DNA of 64,000 bases from the NCBI RefSeq assembly GCF_006345805.1, contig NC_043005.1:17980001-18044000 (forward strand), read 5' to 3'. Made by a program: the position numbers and the translations under genes. Within the stretch, counting starts at the first letter, position 1. Each line of letters opens with the position of its first letter. A model generated the notes under the pieces. The model made no database searches. It saw only the letters and a program-made list of their open reading frames with translations, and was not told where the DNA came from. Of this stretch, positions 1 through 13,394 are shown piece after piece. The DNA comes from Octopus sinensis. Its lineage: Eukaryota.

Positions 1-82
1 TTTACAGTTTAGTTAAGATAAAAATTGTCCAAAATAAAACATATTGATATATTAAAAATACATATAAAAATATATGAATATT

Positions 83-479
83 AGGCGTAGGAGTGGCTCT
101 GTAGTAAGTAGCTTGCTTACGAACCACATGGTTCCGAGTTCAGTCCCACTGCGTGGCACCTTGGGCAAGTGTCTTCTACTATAGCCTCGGGCCGACCAAA
201 GCCTTGTGAGCGGATTTGGTAGACGGAAACTGAAAGACGCCCGTCGTATATATGTATATATATATATATGTGTATGTTTGTGTGTTGTGTTTGTCCTCCC
301 CCAACATCGCTTGACAACCGATGCTGGTCCCTGAAACTTAGCGGTTCGGCAAAAGAGACCGATAGAATAAGTACCAGGCTTACAAAGAATAAGTCCTGGG
401 GTTGATTTCCTCGACTAAAGGCGGTGCTCCAGCATGACCACAGTCAGATGACTGAAACAAGTAAAAGAGTAAAAGAGTA
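83..479 (+). mobile_element. tRNA-derived SINE, family A (my label), full length with internal microsatellite
   Basis: Pol III-like head (ggagtggctctgtagtaag...ggttccgagttcagtccc), internal (TA/TG) tract, conserved body, 3' tail aagtaaaagagtaaaagagta. The same sequence recurs about 10 times in the window. Confidence 0.85.
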
Positions 480-661
480 TTAGAAATATATATGGACATA
501 TAAATGTATGAATATATAAACATAGTAATAATGTAATGAAATATAGGCTTATAGATGAAAAGGTTTTTTATATATTAGTAATATATACATTATATATATT
601 AGTAATAATAATATAGTAATAATATAATGAAATATAGGATTAGAGATGAAAAGTTTTTTTA

Positions 662-719
<58 letters not shown>

Positions 720-899
720 GTATAAGTGAGATTACAAAAATAGCACCTGCAATTACTAGAAATGAGAGCTAAAATCTAACTTGAACAGCCACACAGAAAA
801 TATCTTTCTTTGGCGAAATGAACTCACAGAATATATTATTGTATTCTACAGACAGACAGACAAACAAACAGACAGACACACACACACACACACACATAT

Positions 900-1490
900 A
901 GGGAGAATTCATAAAAATGCAAAAGACGAAGACAGGTTGTGTAGACAACAGATGTATTAGTATAAGGGTCGGCAAGTGAAAAAGTCTTTAATGTTTCGAG
1001 ACTACGCTTTTCCACAGAATGTATAAAGGGGTGTGTATAAAAGAGAACGAGAGTAAGAGTGAAAAGAAGTAGGAGTCGGGGCAAGAGAGGAGAGGTGGGT
1101 GGGAGGAAGTAGATGTGAGAAGGAGTAGGGAGTGAGAGGAGAGAAGAAGGGCTAGATGAAAAGGGGAGGGGAGTTGAGCCCATGGGTGCAAAGGAGTGAA
1201 GAGAGAAGATTAATCCCTGTTTACGGCGAACACGGGAGTCTGGATGGCCCCTGTGCAAGGACAATCCGAACATAGTCAGGTGTCACAAAGAGTGACTGGT
1301 AGAGCGGAAATGGCGCGCGACGGGGGTCAGATGTCTCGGGGGTGTTCCACGAACCGGTCAGCCAAGCGGCGTCCCGTTTGCCCAATATATAAAGAAGGGC
1401 AGAGACAGCAGGAGTTGCAGTAGATGACATTGGTAGAAGTGCAGGTAAAGGAGTCGGTGATATGAAGGGGTCGATGATGGGTGACGGCGA
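900..1490 (-). mobile_element. Penelope-like element 3' end: GIY-YIG endonuclease remnant plus terminal region
   Basis: Manual minus-strand translation: HITDSFTCTSTNVIYCNSCCLCPSLYIGQTGRRLADRFVEHPRDI*, then frameshifted PVARHF...LTMFGLSL...KQGLIFSLHSFAPMG. This matches the Penelope-type GIY-YIG pattern. It is followed by a terminus with a decayed hammerhead-like motif (986-1020). Confidence 0.85.
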
Positions 1491-1528
1491 GGATATGCAT
1501 ATTTACATATAGAGATACACCCCAATCT

Positions 1529-2997
1529 ATGGTAGATGAACAGGGGCGCTTATTGTTCGAGCCAAGTAAAATGTGTGAGGCCTTTCAACAGCATTTTGCT
1601 CGACTGTTCGGGACGAGTGGCGGGCGAGAACGCAGGATGGACTTCAGTGCCTAACTACACAGCCTGCCACGACTCTCGACAAGAGAGGCAGGGCACTGCA
1701 AAGTGCCATCACGGCGGCGGAAGTGCGAGGCGCGATGGAAGAATGCACGAGGGAAAAATCGCCGGGTTTGGATGGTCTACCCTACGAGCTTTACAGTTGT
1801 GTGTCAGACTTGTTTGGACACGTCTTGGTAGCGGTGTACTGCAACTGGCAGCAAAACGGGAGCATCCCCTGTTTTGTGAGCCGAGGAGACGTAACACTGT
1901 TGAGGAAAGATCCAAACAAGGGGGACGTAATAAATAACTTTAGGCCCATCACTCTGCTTAATGCAGACTTGAAAATTTTGGCCAAGGTGTCAGCCAAGAG
2001 GTTGGCGCTTGTCATCGAGAAACTGGTCCACAAGGCGCAAACGTGCGCCGTGCCGGGCCGGAGCATCTATGACAACCTCTATCTGATGCGCTACATGATA
2101 GACAGGGTAGTTAAGAAACCTGGCATGGGCGGGGCCCTGATCAATTTGGGTCAATCGAAAGCTTTCGATAGGGTAGACCATTAATACTAGGAGACAGTCC
2201 TCAGAGCGGCTGGATTCGGTCCCGTCTTACGCTACTGGAAAACTGCTTTGTACAGAGGTACCCGTTCGGTAATTCTCGTAAATGGACATGTATCGAGACC
2301 TTTCGACATTGCACGTTCGGTCCGTCAGGGATACCCGCTCTAGTCGCTTCTATACGTATTGACTCTCGAGCCACTACTGCGGAAGCTGGCGACTCTGAGG
2401 GGCATCCCGCGAGAATTGGGATGCGGGACGAGCGTGTCTGCATACGCGAACGACGTCACTGTCATAGTGTCTGGCCAAAAGCACATCGGGCTGGTCAGTG
2501 AGAAACTGAAAGACTACGAAGCGGTGACAGGAGCGAAAATCAACCGGGAAAAGTCAGTGGGCTTGCGGCTCGGCACCAGAAGCAAGCTCATGCCGTCCAC
2601 CAACGCCTCTGTCGTGGGACGCTGGACCGACGGTCCGGTCGAGTTGCTCGAGTCTGGTTTGGTCCGGACCTCCAAATGGAGAAGAACTGGAACGAGATAA
2701 CGAGTAAGGTGGTCACTCTCGCCCGGCAATGGGCCGAGAGGAAACTGTCCCTAAAATATCGGGTGGAGGTGGCGAATACGTACATCGCGTCCGTCATCTA
2801 CTACCGCTTAACCGTCGTGCCTTGTCCCGACCCTACCATCACCAAACTAGAACGCATTCTCTTACGCTTCTTGTGGAAAGGATGCGTCCCGATGGTCAGG
2901 TGATCCATTTGCTGTCAACACCCGCTAAAAGGAGGGCTGGGCATGTCGTGGTTGATGATGCGCAGACACGCGCTGAGACTGCGACATCTCCGGCCCT
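1529..2997 (+). mobile_element. Degenerate Tx1/L1-group non-LTR retrotransposon RT fragment (stops, frameshifts, both ends truncated)
   Basis: Motifs across frames: KSPGLDGLPYELY, NFRPITLLNADLKILAKV, QTCAVPGRSI, QSKAFDRVDH, SVRQG.PL, AYANDVT, FLWKG...KGGLGM (ORFs 1723-2184, 2359-2700, 2676-2903). GC-rich against the background. Confidence 0.85.
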
Positions 2998-3045
2998 ATC
3001 TACCTATCCATCCATATATCTATCCATCCATCCATCCATCCATTC

Positions 3046-3088
<43 letters not shown>

Positions 3089-3153
3089 CATCCATCCATC
3101 CATCCATCCATCCATCCAACCATCCATCCATCCATCCATCCATCCATCCATCC

Positions 3154-3209
<56 letters not shown>

Positions 3210-3210
3210 G
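2998..3210. repeat. Compound (ATCC)n/(ATCT)n microsatellite
   Basis: Read directly; separates the Tx1-like and CR1-like elements. Confidence 0.95.
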
Positions 3211-3228
3211 TATATTACACACACATAC

Positions 3229-5523
3229 GCACTTGACGTGGCTGAAGATTGTTTTCTATCGCAACATGTTGAATATCCGACAAGGCATCGGTCTGGGCAG
3301 CAGCCATCTATGCTAGATCTGGTATTCTCCCGCTATCCAAGATCAGTGTCAGACGTATCTGTGTGCGCCCCTCTTGCCAAGAGTGATCATGCGGTCCTGA
3401 AGTTCGTCATGCACACAACTTTTTCCACGCCCACGATTACTTCGCTGCCACGTAGAGTCTTCTCTGCAATTAATCTTGAAATTCTAACCGAGGCTTCCGC
3501 GCTTCTGGACTGGCGTTCCCTGATGACGTTGTCCTCAGTTGACGAACTATGGTCATCCCTCAAAGCATATGTAATCTGTTTGACTGACCAGGCAGTTCCC
3601 GTTGGACTTCCCAAGAGGAAGAAACACAAGCCCTGGGTGACGAAGAAGGTTAAATGAGAACGTCGACTCAGAGATATTGCTTGGGCTGAATTCAAAAATC
3701 TGGATTCGACTGCAGCTTTTGAGGTGTACAAAACTCAACGAGACCAAGCCGTGAAAATTGAAAAGAAAGAACGCTTCAGTTATGAATACAAAATCGCGGC
3801 AAATGCCAGTAGCAATCCAAAAACCTTCTTTGCCCATGTCCAGCGGAATTCCCGCTTGAACAACCAGATTGCAACGTTGGTAGACTCAACAGGCGTATCG
3901 ATTGAGGACCCTTATCAACAGAGTCAATTATTTGCCGAGGCTTTTTCAACTATTTTCAAACAAGATGATGGTCGTGAACCCCCTCCATTTGATAGATCGG
4001 TACCTCCAATGCTTCGATTGATCATCACGCGGGACCAAGTCAAACGGGTTATTCAAGGCCTCGATGTCAACAAGGGTCACGGCCCTGACGGCATACACCC
4101 ACGGGTTATCAAAGCGTTGGCTCCGGTCATCTGCGAGCCCTTAACACGACTATTCAATATGTCATTGGCGACGGGTGTTATACCTGCAGACTGGAGAACA
4201 GCGATAATCTGCCCAATTTTCAAGAAAGGGAGCCGCGAAGACCCGCTTAACTACCGACCGGTTTCCCTTACATCAATAATCAGCAAGATGTTCGAAACCA
4301 TCCTTAAGAAAAGTATGATGCTCCACCTCCTAAACACAGCCTCGATCACTGATTCCCAACACGGCTTCGTGCCGAAGAGATCATGCTTGACCAACTTACT
4401 AGTAATGGAAGAATTGGTGACGCGCATCCTCGATGATAGTGATGCTGTTGACATCGTTTTATTGGACTTTGCCAAAGCTTTTGACTCGGTAAACCACCGC
4501 CTACTACTTGTCAAGCTTCAAGCATATAGTTTCCATCCGGATATTGTACGATGGGTTGGTGCCTTCCTCTCAGATCGCTCCTTCCAAGTTCAAGTTAATG
4601 GTTCGCGGTCCGACGTCTCCAGTGCGAGCAGTGGCGTGCCTCAAGGTTCAGTGCTTGGGCCCTTGTTGTTCTTAGTCTTCATAAATGACTTGCCCGACGA
4701 CCTCACGCAACACACCCTTCTATTTGCCGACGATATCAAACTGGTCGCTCCTCGCGGTAGTATAGAGGATCTTCGTCGATGCCTCCACCAAATTTGGAAG
4801 TGGTCTAACGATTGGGACCTGTGTCTGAACGTGTCAAAGTGCTGTCATCTGCCTGTCGGCTCTACTCCTGCAACTCAACTTGATTTCGAGCCGGGTCGTC
4901 TGCTGCTGGAGAGGACCGATCAGGTAAAGGACCTGGGTATCTTGGTGGATTCCTCCTTTTCGCCTTCGGCCCAGTGCGTCCATGCTGCCAACAAAGCGCG
5001 CGGAATTCTGTTTTTGATTCGACGGTCATTCGGAATGCTCACAGCAGCCATATTCCTGCCACTCTATGTCACGCTGGTGAGACCCATATTGGAGTATGGG
5101 ATTCAAGCCTCTTCTCCTTATCTCCTCAAAGACATACAGCACCTCGAAAGAGTCCTGAGGCTGGCTACCCGCATGGTTCATGGTCTCAAAAATTTGTCCT
5201 ACGAAGAAAGGCTGAGGACGCTCGACCTTTGTTCTCTTGAAAAACGCCGCCGCCGTGGTGATCTCATTCTCGCCCACAACATCATAAGCAGGAAGTGTAA
5301 CCTCTCGAAAGAGCTGTTCTTCACTCCTGCTCCGGAGCGTCGGCTGCGGGGTCATTCCGAAAAGCTCTACCTGCGACGATTTCATCTCAATCGAAGGAGA
5401 GGAGCTTTCTCCGTCCGGGTTGCGGATCCGTGGAACAAGCTGCCAGACGAGATGGTGAAGATGCCGACGACCGCTTTGTTCAAAGCCTCCCTGGACCTCA
5501 TGTGGCCTGAACTCTTTGCATGA
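3229..5523 (+). pseudogene. LINE ORF2 (APE endonuclease remnant + reverse transcriptase), one in-frame TGA at 3655-3657
   Basis: ORFs 3238-3657 and 3724-5523 are in the same frame. RT motifs LDFAKAFDSV, SGVPQGSVLGPLLF, LFADDIKL, VKDLGILVD, LVRPILEY, RRRGDLI, WNKLP. Confidence 0.92.
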
Positions 5524-5605
5524 ACACCACCCTGTACTTAACTCCATGTCCCCCTACATGGCCTTGCTATTTGCTTTTGAGCCAAATTAACTAACTAACT
5601 AACTA
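3229..5605 (+). mobile_element. 5'-truncated CR1-group LINE with intact 3' end
   Basis: Endonuclease C-terminus (PTR...LDLVF...SDHAVL) plus RT. 3' UTR stem-loop ccatgt-ccccct-acatgg (5544-5561) and (CTAA)n tail at about 5587-5605. Confidence 0.92.
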
Positions 5606-5708
5606 AATGGAGAAATTGTACAAGATTTATAACTGGATGATCAGTAAAGAACAGGCACAGTTGCGATCACGTGATTTTATTACACATTCCATCTTTTATT
5701 TTATTAAC

Positions 5709-5743
<35 letters not shown>

Positions 5744-6143
5744 ATGTGTTTAGCGTTTGCAGGGGAAAATGGGAAATGTGACAAAAGATTGTGAATAGAA
5801 AGATGGAGCAAGAAATAATGCTGACGATGATGAGGAGGAAGAAGAAGAAGTAAAAAAGAGAACAACAAAAACAAGACGAACATTGAGAAATATCCTTCTG
5901 ATAGAATAATGGAGTATAATTAAAATATAAGTAGTTTCAATATCACTAGATTAATTGAAACAACAATTGTAACAGTTGTTTTGTGACAAGGACTTCTGGG
6001 ATGGAACGAGCATTTCCGCTTGACTGACTTCAAGAACAATTTTATTTTATCGATTATTACAAGGAAGTGTTTTCCTTTTTTTCAAAACCATTATTAAAAT
6101 GAGTGAACATCGATAAATTCCATTATATATATATGTATATATG

Positions 6144-6222
<79 letters not shown>

Positions 6223-6597
6223 AATTATCATAATAGTGGTTTTTGTCTCTAATTTATTATATATATATATATTTACTTATATATGTATATATATGTATAT
6301 ACACACACAGAGAAAGAGAGTGAGAGAGAGAGGGAGAGGGAAAGAAAGAGAGAGTAAAGACAGAGAGTGAGAAAGTGGGGGATAGAGTATAAAAGATAGA
6401 GTGTGAGAAAGAGAGAGCGAGAAAGAGAGAGAGAGAGAGACAGAGAGATGTTGGCAAGGCTGCTTAATTATGAAGTTCTCTGTGCAACCACATGGCTTGG
6501 TGTTCAGTCTGACTGCATGACAGCTCTGGGTCTTCTGAGTGGATTTCGTTGACGGAAACAATGTAAACCGGACGTGTGTGTGTGTATATATATATAT

Positions 6598-6742
6598 TTG
6601 CTTACCAACCACATGGTTCCGAGTTCAGTCCCACTGCGTGGCACTTTGGGCAAGTGTCTTCTACTATACCCTCGGGCTGACCAAAGCCTTCTTAGTGAAT
6701 TTAGTAGACGGAAACTGAAAGAACCCCGTCGTATATATATAT

Positions 6743-6798
<56 letters not shown>

Positions 6799-6808
6799 TA
6801 TATATATA

Positions 6809-6889
<81 letters not shown>

Positions 6890-7100
6890 AGTTTATGTGT
6901 CTATGTTTGTCCTCCCAGCGTCGCTTGACAACTTATGCTGGTGTGTTTACGTCCCCCGTAACTTAGCAGTTCGGTGAAAGAGACCGATAAAATAAGTACT
7001 AGGCTTACAAAGAATAAGTTCTGTGCTCGATTTTCTCGATTAAGGCGGTGCTTCAGCATGGCCGCACTCAAATGACTGAAGCAAGTAAATGAGTAAAAGC
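6598..7100 (+). mobile_element. SINE family A, 5'-truncated, expanded internal (TA)n(TG)n
   Basis: Matches 83-479; internal tract about 170 bp. Confidence 0.85.
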
Positions 7101-7239
7101 GTATATATGTATAAATAATTCCAGGTTCGCTTCACTGGATTATAAATATTTTCGGGAGTGTAAATCCAAAACAATTACAAAGAATACGGAAACTAGTACA
7201 GCTTCAAATTCTAACAATTAATTATAAAGTATACCTGCC

Positions 7240-7306
7240 TAAAATGACCGACACGAGTTCCTGCCGCATAAACAATGTGTAGTTGTAACACGTGTCGGTC
7301 ATTTTA
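7240..7306. repeat. Perfect 16-bp inverted repeat (probable MITE core)
   Basis: taaaatgaccgacacg (7240-7255) / cgtgtcggtcatttta (7291-7306); weaker pairing extends outward to about 7210 and 7340. Confidence 0.75.
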
Positions 7307-7664
7307 ACCAATCATGCCGTTTAATTAACTGTTAAAATTAAAGGTAATATTTTACGATGTATCCGTGTCATACACATACATACCTACACAAGACTCCTGT
7401 AGCAATGTAAATACGTAAATATGGGATAGCGCATGATTTAGTGGTTAAGGTGTTGCCCTTACAGTCGTCAGATCGTGGTTTCGATTCGCACAACGGCAGT
7501 GCTGGCAAAATATGTAATCCTACTGACGGTCAGGCATCTGTCTAGGTGAGCTGGATGTATACGCCAGAAAATTCGAGATATTATATATATATATATATAT
7601 ATACTTTTACTCTTACTTGTTTCAGTCATTTGACTGCAGCCACCGCCTTTAATATATATATATG

Positions 7665-8242
7665 TCCACTGTGGTCTCCCCACACAATACAAGGTATCAA
7701 AAAAGTTGAAGCACCTCAAAGGGCAATCACAAAAAAGATAGATGGCATGACAGGCCTCGACTATTGGGGTCGACTAGAAAAGCTAAAACTTTATTCTCTC
7801 CAACGTCGTCGTGAGCGCTACATCATCTGCATGATGTGGAAAATATTCCATCAGCATTGCCCAAATGATGTTGGCATCACCTTCAGGGTACATCCAAGGC
7901 TTGGGCCCCGTGCCATCCGCCCAAAACAAAAATCGCACTCTCATCTCATAACAACAATACGGCACAATTATTTCACCTCAATTGGCCCCGCTCTCTTTAA
8001 CATTACACCAAAACACATTAAAACAGAAACTGACCCTATAGGGTTCAAGAAGTCTTTGGACAGATTCCTTCAAGAAATCCCGGATAAACCCCCTACACCC
8101 GGATATGTCTCTGTAAACAATAACTCTCTACTTGAGTGGGCCATAGTGCCCAAATTCTGACTTGAAAGACTTCACCAGGTGGTGCTATTAAGTTAGACAT
8201 GGCCTGGGCCAATAATGGCCGAAACCTATCAAAGTATCAAAG

Positions 8243-8245
<3 letters not shown>
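7665..8245 (+). mobile_element. CR1-group LINE 3' fragment (second lineage)
   Basis: ORF 7546-8160 from about aa 40: WSPH...QRAITKKI...RLEKLKLYSLQRRRERY...GPALFN...FKKSLDRFLQEIPD. Ends in a 3' UTR with a repeated aaagtatc tail. Confidence 0.85.
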
Positions 8246-8305
<60 letters not shown>

Positions 8306-8832
8306 ATTAATGCTGAGAGGTATAACAGTTTGTACCCTTCATTATTAATTAATCTTAATATTTACGGTGTTGTTTACACATACTAAGCCACTGATATTAT
8401 TGTAAACAGTAATATCCTTATATATATATTTGTATAATTTTTTATTCACCTCGATTACCTTTTTTAAATTTGCTGCGGCATTAAAAACGGTCAACGTACA
8501 CACTGGATAAGATGGCCAAGCTCTATGATTCTAGGTTAGTAAGACTCGCTGAAGAGATACTAAGTGATATTCTCAGAGAGTTTGAAATCACCGTGATACG
8601 GGTATGTCTGACTTTTCAATTTTCGATTTTTTTCGTCTTTGGTACGGGTTCTTAGTGATCTTGCCCGTTTCCCCGACTTCATTTTTATGTAAAAGTGAAA
8701 ACTTGTGGTTTTGAGTCATTTTGACTGCTATTTTAGCATGTTGGTACTACCTGTAGCGCCCTTCATTATTAATTAATAATTTTAACCTTTATGACTTTTT
8801 TACGCATATTATTGTAAACAGTAATATCCTTA

Positions 8833-8896
<64 letters not shown>

Positions 8897-8897
<1 letters not shown>

Positions 8898-9120
8898 TAG
8901 CATTATAAGCCGATTTCATTCGGGTCTACACGGTCACATTTTAAAGCTGAGGAATTTTGCCCCAGAAGCCACGCCTTTCAATTGAGCAAATTCAAAGTTG
9001 CCATGCAAACTCGTCAGCACTTTTAATATAGGTGTGCAAATTTTCAGGTCAATTTACTAACACTTTTGCCTGCATAACTGCTTGTGAGACAACGTCCTTT
9101 TCACAAATATATATTATACA
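8897..9120 (-). mobile_element. Possible decayed non-autonomous Helitron-like element
   Basis: CTAG at 8897-8900 followed about 9 nt later by a short ccga/tcgg hairpin, same geometry as 59358-59954; the TC 5' end is not clear. Confidence 0.4.
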
Positions 9121-9941
9121 TATATATATGGGAGCAGGGGAGATAGATTGTTAAACAGATAGAACAGTAACTGTATTGTTATACAAATAGGCAGATATGT
9201 AAATTCATAGGGCAACAGATAGCTAGGCAGATAGAATGACAAAGTGAAAGAGATGTACTTTATCATCTATAGAAATATTTTATGCTAAAAAACATTCACT
9301 GGAATTGAATTGCCATTATTAAAAGGACTGATTATTGCTGTTTTTGCTCTCAGCATTCAATTTATCTAGCAAAGATCCTCTACTGAGATATCACGCCCAT
9401 GCCATGCTATAATGCAGCTGTAACGCGCATAATATCTCCCATTTAAAAATAATCGATATGCATTTTAGGAAAGAGGACCGAAAATTTTAATTCAAATATT
9501 TTTCTCCGATTTCTTTCTGTTTATTTGCCTGCGTTAAAATTTTACATTAATAAGGTTGGAAATATTTACTAATGCAAATTTCAGTGGTAAGAAAAAAGCA
9601 AGAAATCAAATCGGAAAAGCAAGCAAACAATTATTAAAAATTCTATTTTTCTACGCCAGCAACAACTGCACATTCTTGTACATCTGATTTGTCATTCACT
9701 TATTACTTTTTCATAAACTACAGTGAAGAAGATATTTAGCTGATGGGGTAAAACAGAAAGAAAAGATCTCCTAAGTATTTGCCGCAAGAAATCAAATTAT
9801 ATTTAGTCAAAAAATATTTTTTTCTTCGAACGATTATTTCCAGTTAATATTCCCTGCATTAAATACAAAGAAACTAAAATATTAATCGCACTTCTCAGTG
9901 CTCACGTACTAAAAGATGTCACTTAGTATATACATACATTT

Positions 9942-10550
9942 ACTGGGTGTTCGGCCTAAATTTGGCGACTTCTTTATATCTCCCTTTTTTCCAGAAAAAG
10001 TTAGGTATATTGAGGGACAGTCAACTGCATTGGAAGGCAGAAAGATTAAAGGTGTAGTTGAGAAAAAGTCAGTTTACATGGCGAACTGGAAGCAATCTGA
10101 ATATTGGAAAAGAGTTACAGTGATCCCTCATATCGCGTTCACCTATCGCGGTTTATTATTTAAGGTTACGTCGATTCCTCTGTGGTGTTGTTTTGCATTT
10201 ATAATAAAATAAATATATAGTGTATTAAAATGCCGACATCATGACTGCTACCCAATGTTTTTTGAATGCTGTAAACATTGTAAAATGTGACATGGACAAT
10301 TGCAACGGAGACTACGAAGACGTGGCCACCAGGAAGGAACTTTGAACTAGGTCGAAACTCAGTTCAGACGATTATGTGAAGCTGCTGAAAACTGTGGTAA
10401 AACACTGTCTGGAGAGAGTTGCTGCTGGAAGGCCATGCATGTAGCAGCAGGATTAGACTCCTGCCCATACTCCATGAAAGAGTCAGTAGTGGTTGTCGAA
10501 GAATTTCTATAACTTCACCAACCACAATTTCTGTCCTAATTCATCCGCAA
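9942..10550 (+). mobile_element. Internally deleted, decayed Tc1/mariner (maT/DD37D-like) transposon
   Basis: Candidate left TIR tactgggtgttcggcc at about 9942. Manual translation: NCNGDYEDVATRK (about 10300) joined to LSSDDYVKLLKTVVKHCLERVAAGRPCM*QQD*TPAHT..KSQ*WLSKNFYNF...FCPNS (10355-10548), resembling the QQD and WPPNSPD motifs. No right TIR seen. Confidence 0.7.
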
Positions 10551-10699
10551 TTTCTCATTGAAGAACTACATATATGCTTTGCTTATAGTGATTAGATGTT
10601 TGTGTTTAAATAAGCTCACACCCTACATCAAATAGAGATTGCGTGCGTGGTGTCCAAGTGTGCCACGCATCAGATTTCAAAATCATCGCGGTGTTACCT

Positions 10700-10806
10700 G
10701 AAATGAAGTGTTTTGCTCAAGAACATAACTCACCACCCGATCTGGAAATCGAAATCACGATCCTTCGGTCGTCAGTGCAACACCATAACTACTAGGTCAC
10801 GCACTT
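10700..10806 (-). mobile_element. SINE family B-type tRNA head fragment
   Basis: Reverse complement reads agtgcgtgacctagtagttatgg...tttcgatttcc...ttcttgagcaaaacactt, like 39552-39881. Confidence 0.65.
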
Positions 10807-12881
10807 TCAAAAATCACACATCAGACACACGCACACATAATACATACAAATAAAGGCATACACAGACACGCAGAGCAGATATACATACACATACACATTT
10901 CCCATTACAGAAATGAATGTAAATGAATTAGCATTTATATTCACAGTTCCTTATATGAAAGCGTACGCGCCCGCCACGCAACGCACATATACATATATAA
11001 ACATAGCCACACACACAAACACACGCACACACACAGACACACAAAATATCACAATAATAATTGTAATTGACCGTTACACAAGAAACAAAAACACCGTCAG
11101 AATGATAAAATTTGTAAATAAACCAATATTTAGATTATTAAAAATCTATCATCACAAATAGATACATCTACAAAAGATCAAATCCTAGTTAATATTTTGA
11201 AAAAGAGCAGTAATCATAATGCGTGAGTGTAAAACTGATAAAATACTGTATCGTAGCGGGTAGCAAAACATTTAAAGCCAGATACACACAACACTTATAT
11301 AAGTTTTGTAACAGTTATAGACAAAATGCAAACCATCTATGAGAGAACATTTGGTTCATTACAGAAAATATGAATATTATTTTGATGGGTAATATAGACA
11401 GAAATATCCCTTAGGTAAATGGCTCTACGATACGCCCTCCGTGCACCGCAGAAAATATAATTGTGCATCATAAAAAATAGAATATAATCGTGCATCATAA
11501 GAAATAACAATGCTTCTCTACAGATAGTAGAAGGAATTAATTTTTAAAAACTCTTTCGAAAGGTAAATAAAGTAAATATCCGACAATTGATAGCCGCAGA
11601 AATACTAATGAAGGCGCGAAAATGTCATGCCCAAATGGGAAAAGATACTAGCTAAAAATATATGACAAACAAAGCTATGGCGTCTTCAGACAGAATCTCT
11701 CCAGAGTCAATACAGAAATAACATGAATTTGACAACTCAATAAGACATTTTTAGTGATATCAGACACCTGTAGATACAACCTGAAAGTAGACACATGCGA
11801 AATAGATTCGCGTGATTTGAGAAAGATTTGTAGACCTCCTATTTCTAGGAGTTCAACAAATATCTCTTACGTCACAATCTGACGTCTATAAAAAGTGGAA
11901 AGATATTAAGAAGTTAGTGTTTGAAGTTAACTACGAACGAAAAGATGGCGTATCTGGTAGCATAGTGTCTTTGATCTTAGGTCTAAATTATTTCAATGAA
12001 ACAGAATTCAATCATGGAACGGACCACTGGAGACAGGGAAACGAAAAGAAATGTTTAATGAAAAGCGACAGCATAATAATGATCAAAAAGATACGAAGAG
12101 AAAACAAGTAACTTTGCAGTCAAGGCAGATATGATATCGGAATCAACAGGAACTACCAACGAATTAACAAATGATAAGCTACAACACCGCAATAAAATAA
12201 TACAGGTCGGCTAATGAAACAAAGAGTCACGCAAGGATAGAAAAAACCCAATCACTAATGAATATTATAGGCGTATGGAATGCTGGAAAAACAGTTGTCT
12301 TGAAAATCACAATTGTGGGGAAATCGTGTCGCAAAAATAAATCTATTTTAAATAGATTGTATAATTTAGGTCATGTATTGAGTAACTTCTTTCGTAGAGA
12401 ATTGCATAGCCATTGGAAATCTCCTTCTCTCTCTCTCTTTCTATCTCTCAACTCTCTCTCTCCCTCTCTCTCTCCCAATTCTCCCCTTCTCTCACTCTCT
12501 CTCTATTTATATATGTAAGAGTGTGTATATAATATATATAGATATATGGCCGGCCACTAACACTTTTTTCTGCAAAATAGGGGTAGCTTATCCTGCGTTT
12601 GAGAATTTAAAATCACTTCTTTAACTTTCTAAGACATCTCAACACTTCTAATGCAAACTTCGTTTATTTGTTTACGTTCATCGTAATTTGAATTTAATAT
12701 AGATATATGTATATATGTTCATATATATGCATGTGATTATTATATACACACATATAATACATACATATATATATTTGTTTCAGTCATTAGACTGCGGCCG
12801 TGTATACACACACACACACACATGTATGTATACATTTGCATTTCTATTGAATAATCTCATTTGCTTTCGTTTAAAAACAGC

Positions 12882-12920
<39 letters not shown>

Positions 12921-13148
12921 AAAAGAGATATGTGTGTGTCTGTTTGTGTGTGTGAGCGTGCGTATGTGTATATATGTGTATATGCATATATTTATATAAA
13001 TGATTCCGATGTTATTTCTTTGTACCGACTAAAGTACGATTGGATAGTAAATATACGTTTAGATATTTGTCTAACCAGGGAGTGTCGGTGTAGTTACTGA
13101 AGGCTGAAGTGGAAAGCTAATAAAAATATCCAGTCTCGGACGGTACTA

Positions 13149-13203
<55 letters not shown>

Positions 13204-13394
13204 CTAATTTACATTGTTTTTTTTGTAATAATATCTAAAGTAAGATTGAAAGGTAAAAACGTTTAGATACCACATTATCGAGGTGTGTCAGCAGGGACAA
13301 CAAAATCAAATTGACAGCCAATAAAAGTACACCTCTTGTATAGCAGGATTGAAACATGTTCTAGAATGGTGCTTTGGGGCCAAGTCATCCAGTC

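Noticed and set aside
4251-5547. Antisense and alternate-frame ORFs (4251-4514, 4974-5240, 5026-5547; also 1709-2797)
   Set aside because: Shadows of GC-rich LINE coding sequence with no independent motifs.
8480-8620. Peptide KLYDSRLVRLAEEILSD resembling a LINE C-terminal region
   Set aside because: Too short, with no flanking motifs to support it.
11060-12360. Faint Penelope-like peptide echoes (NKNTVR, TFKARY, YERKDGVSGS)
   Set aside because: Only short matches among many stops and frameshifts; I cannot separate them from chance without a profile search.
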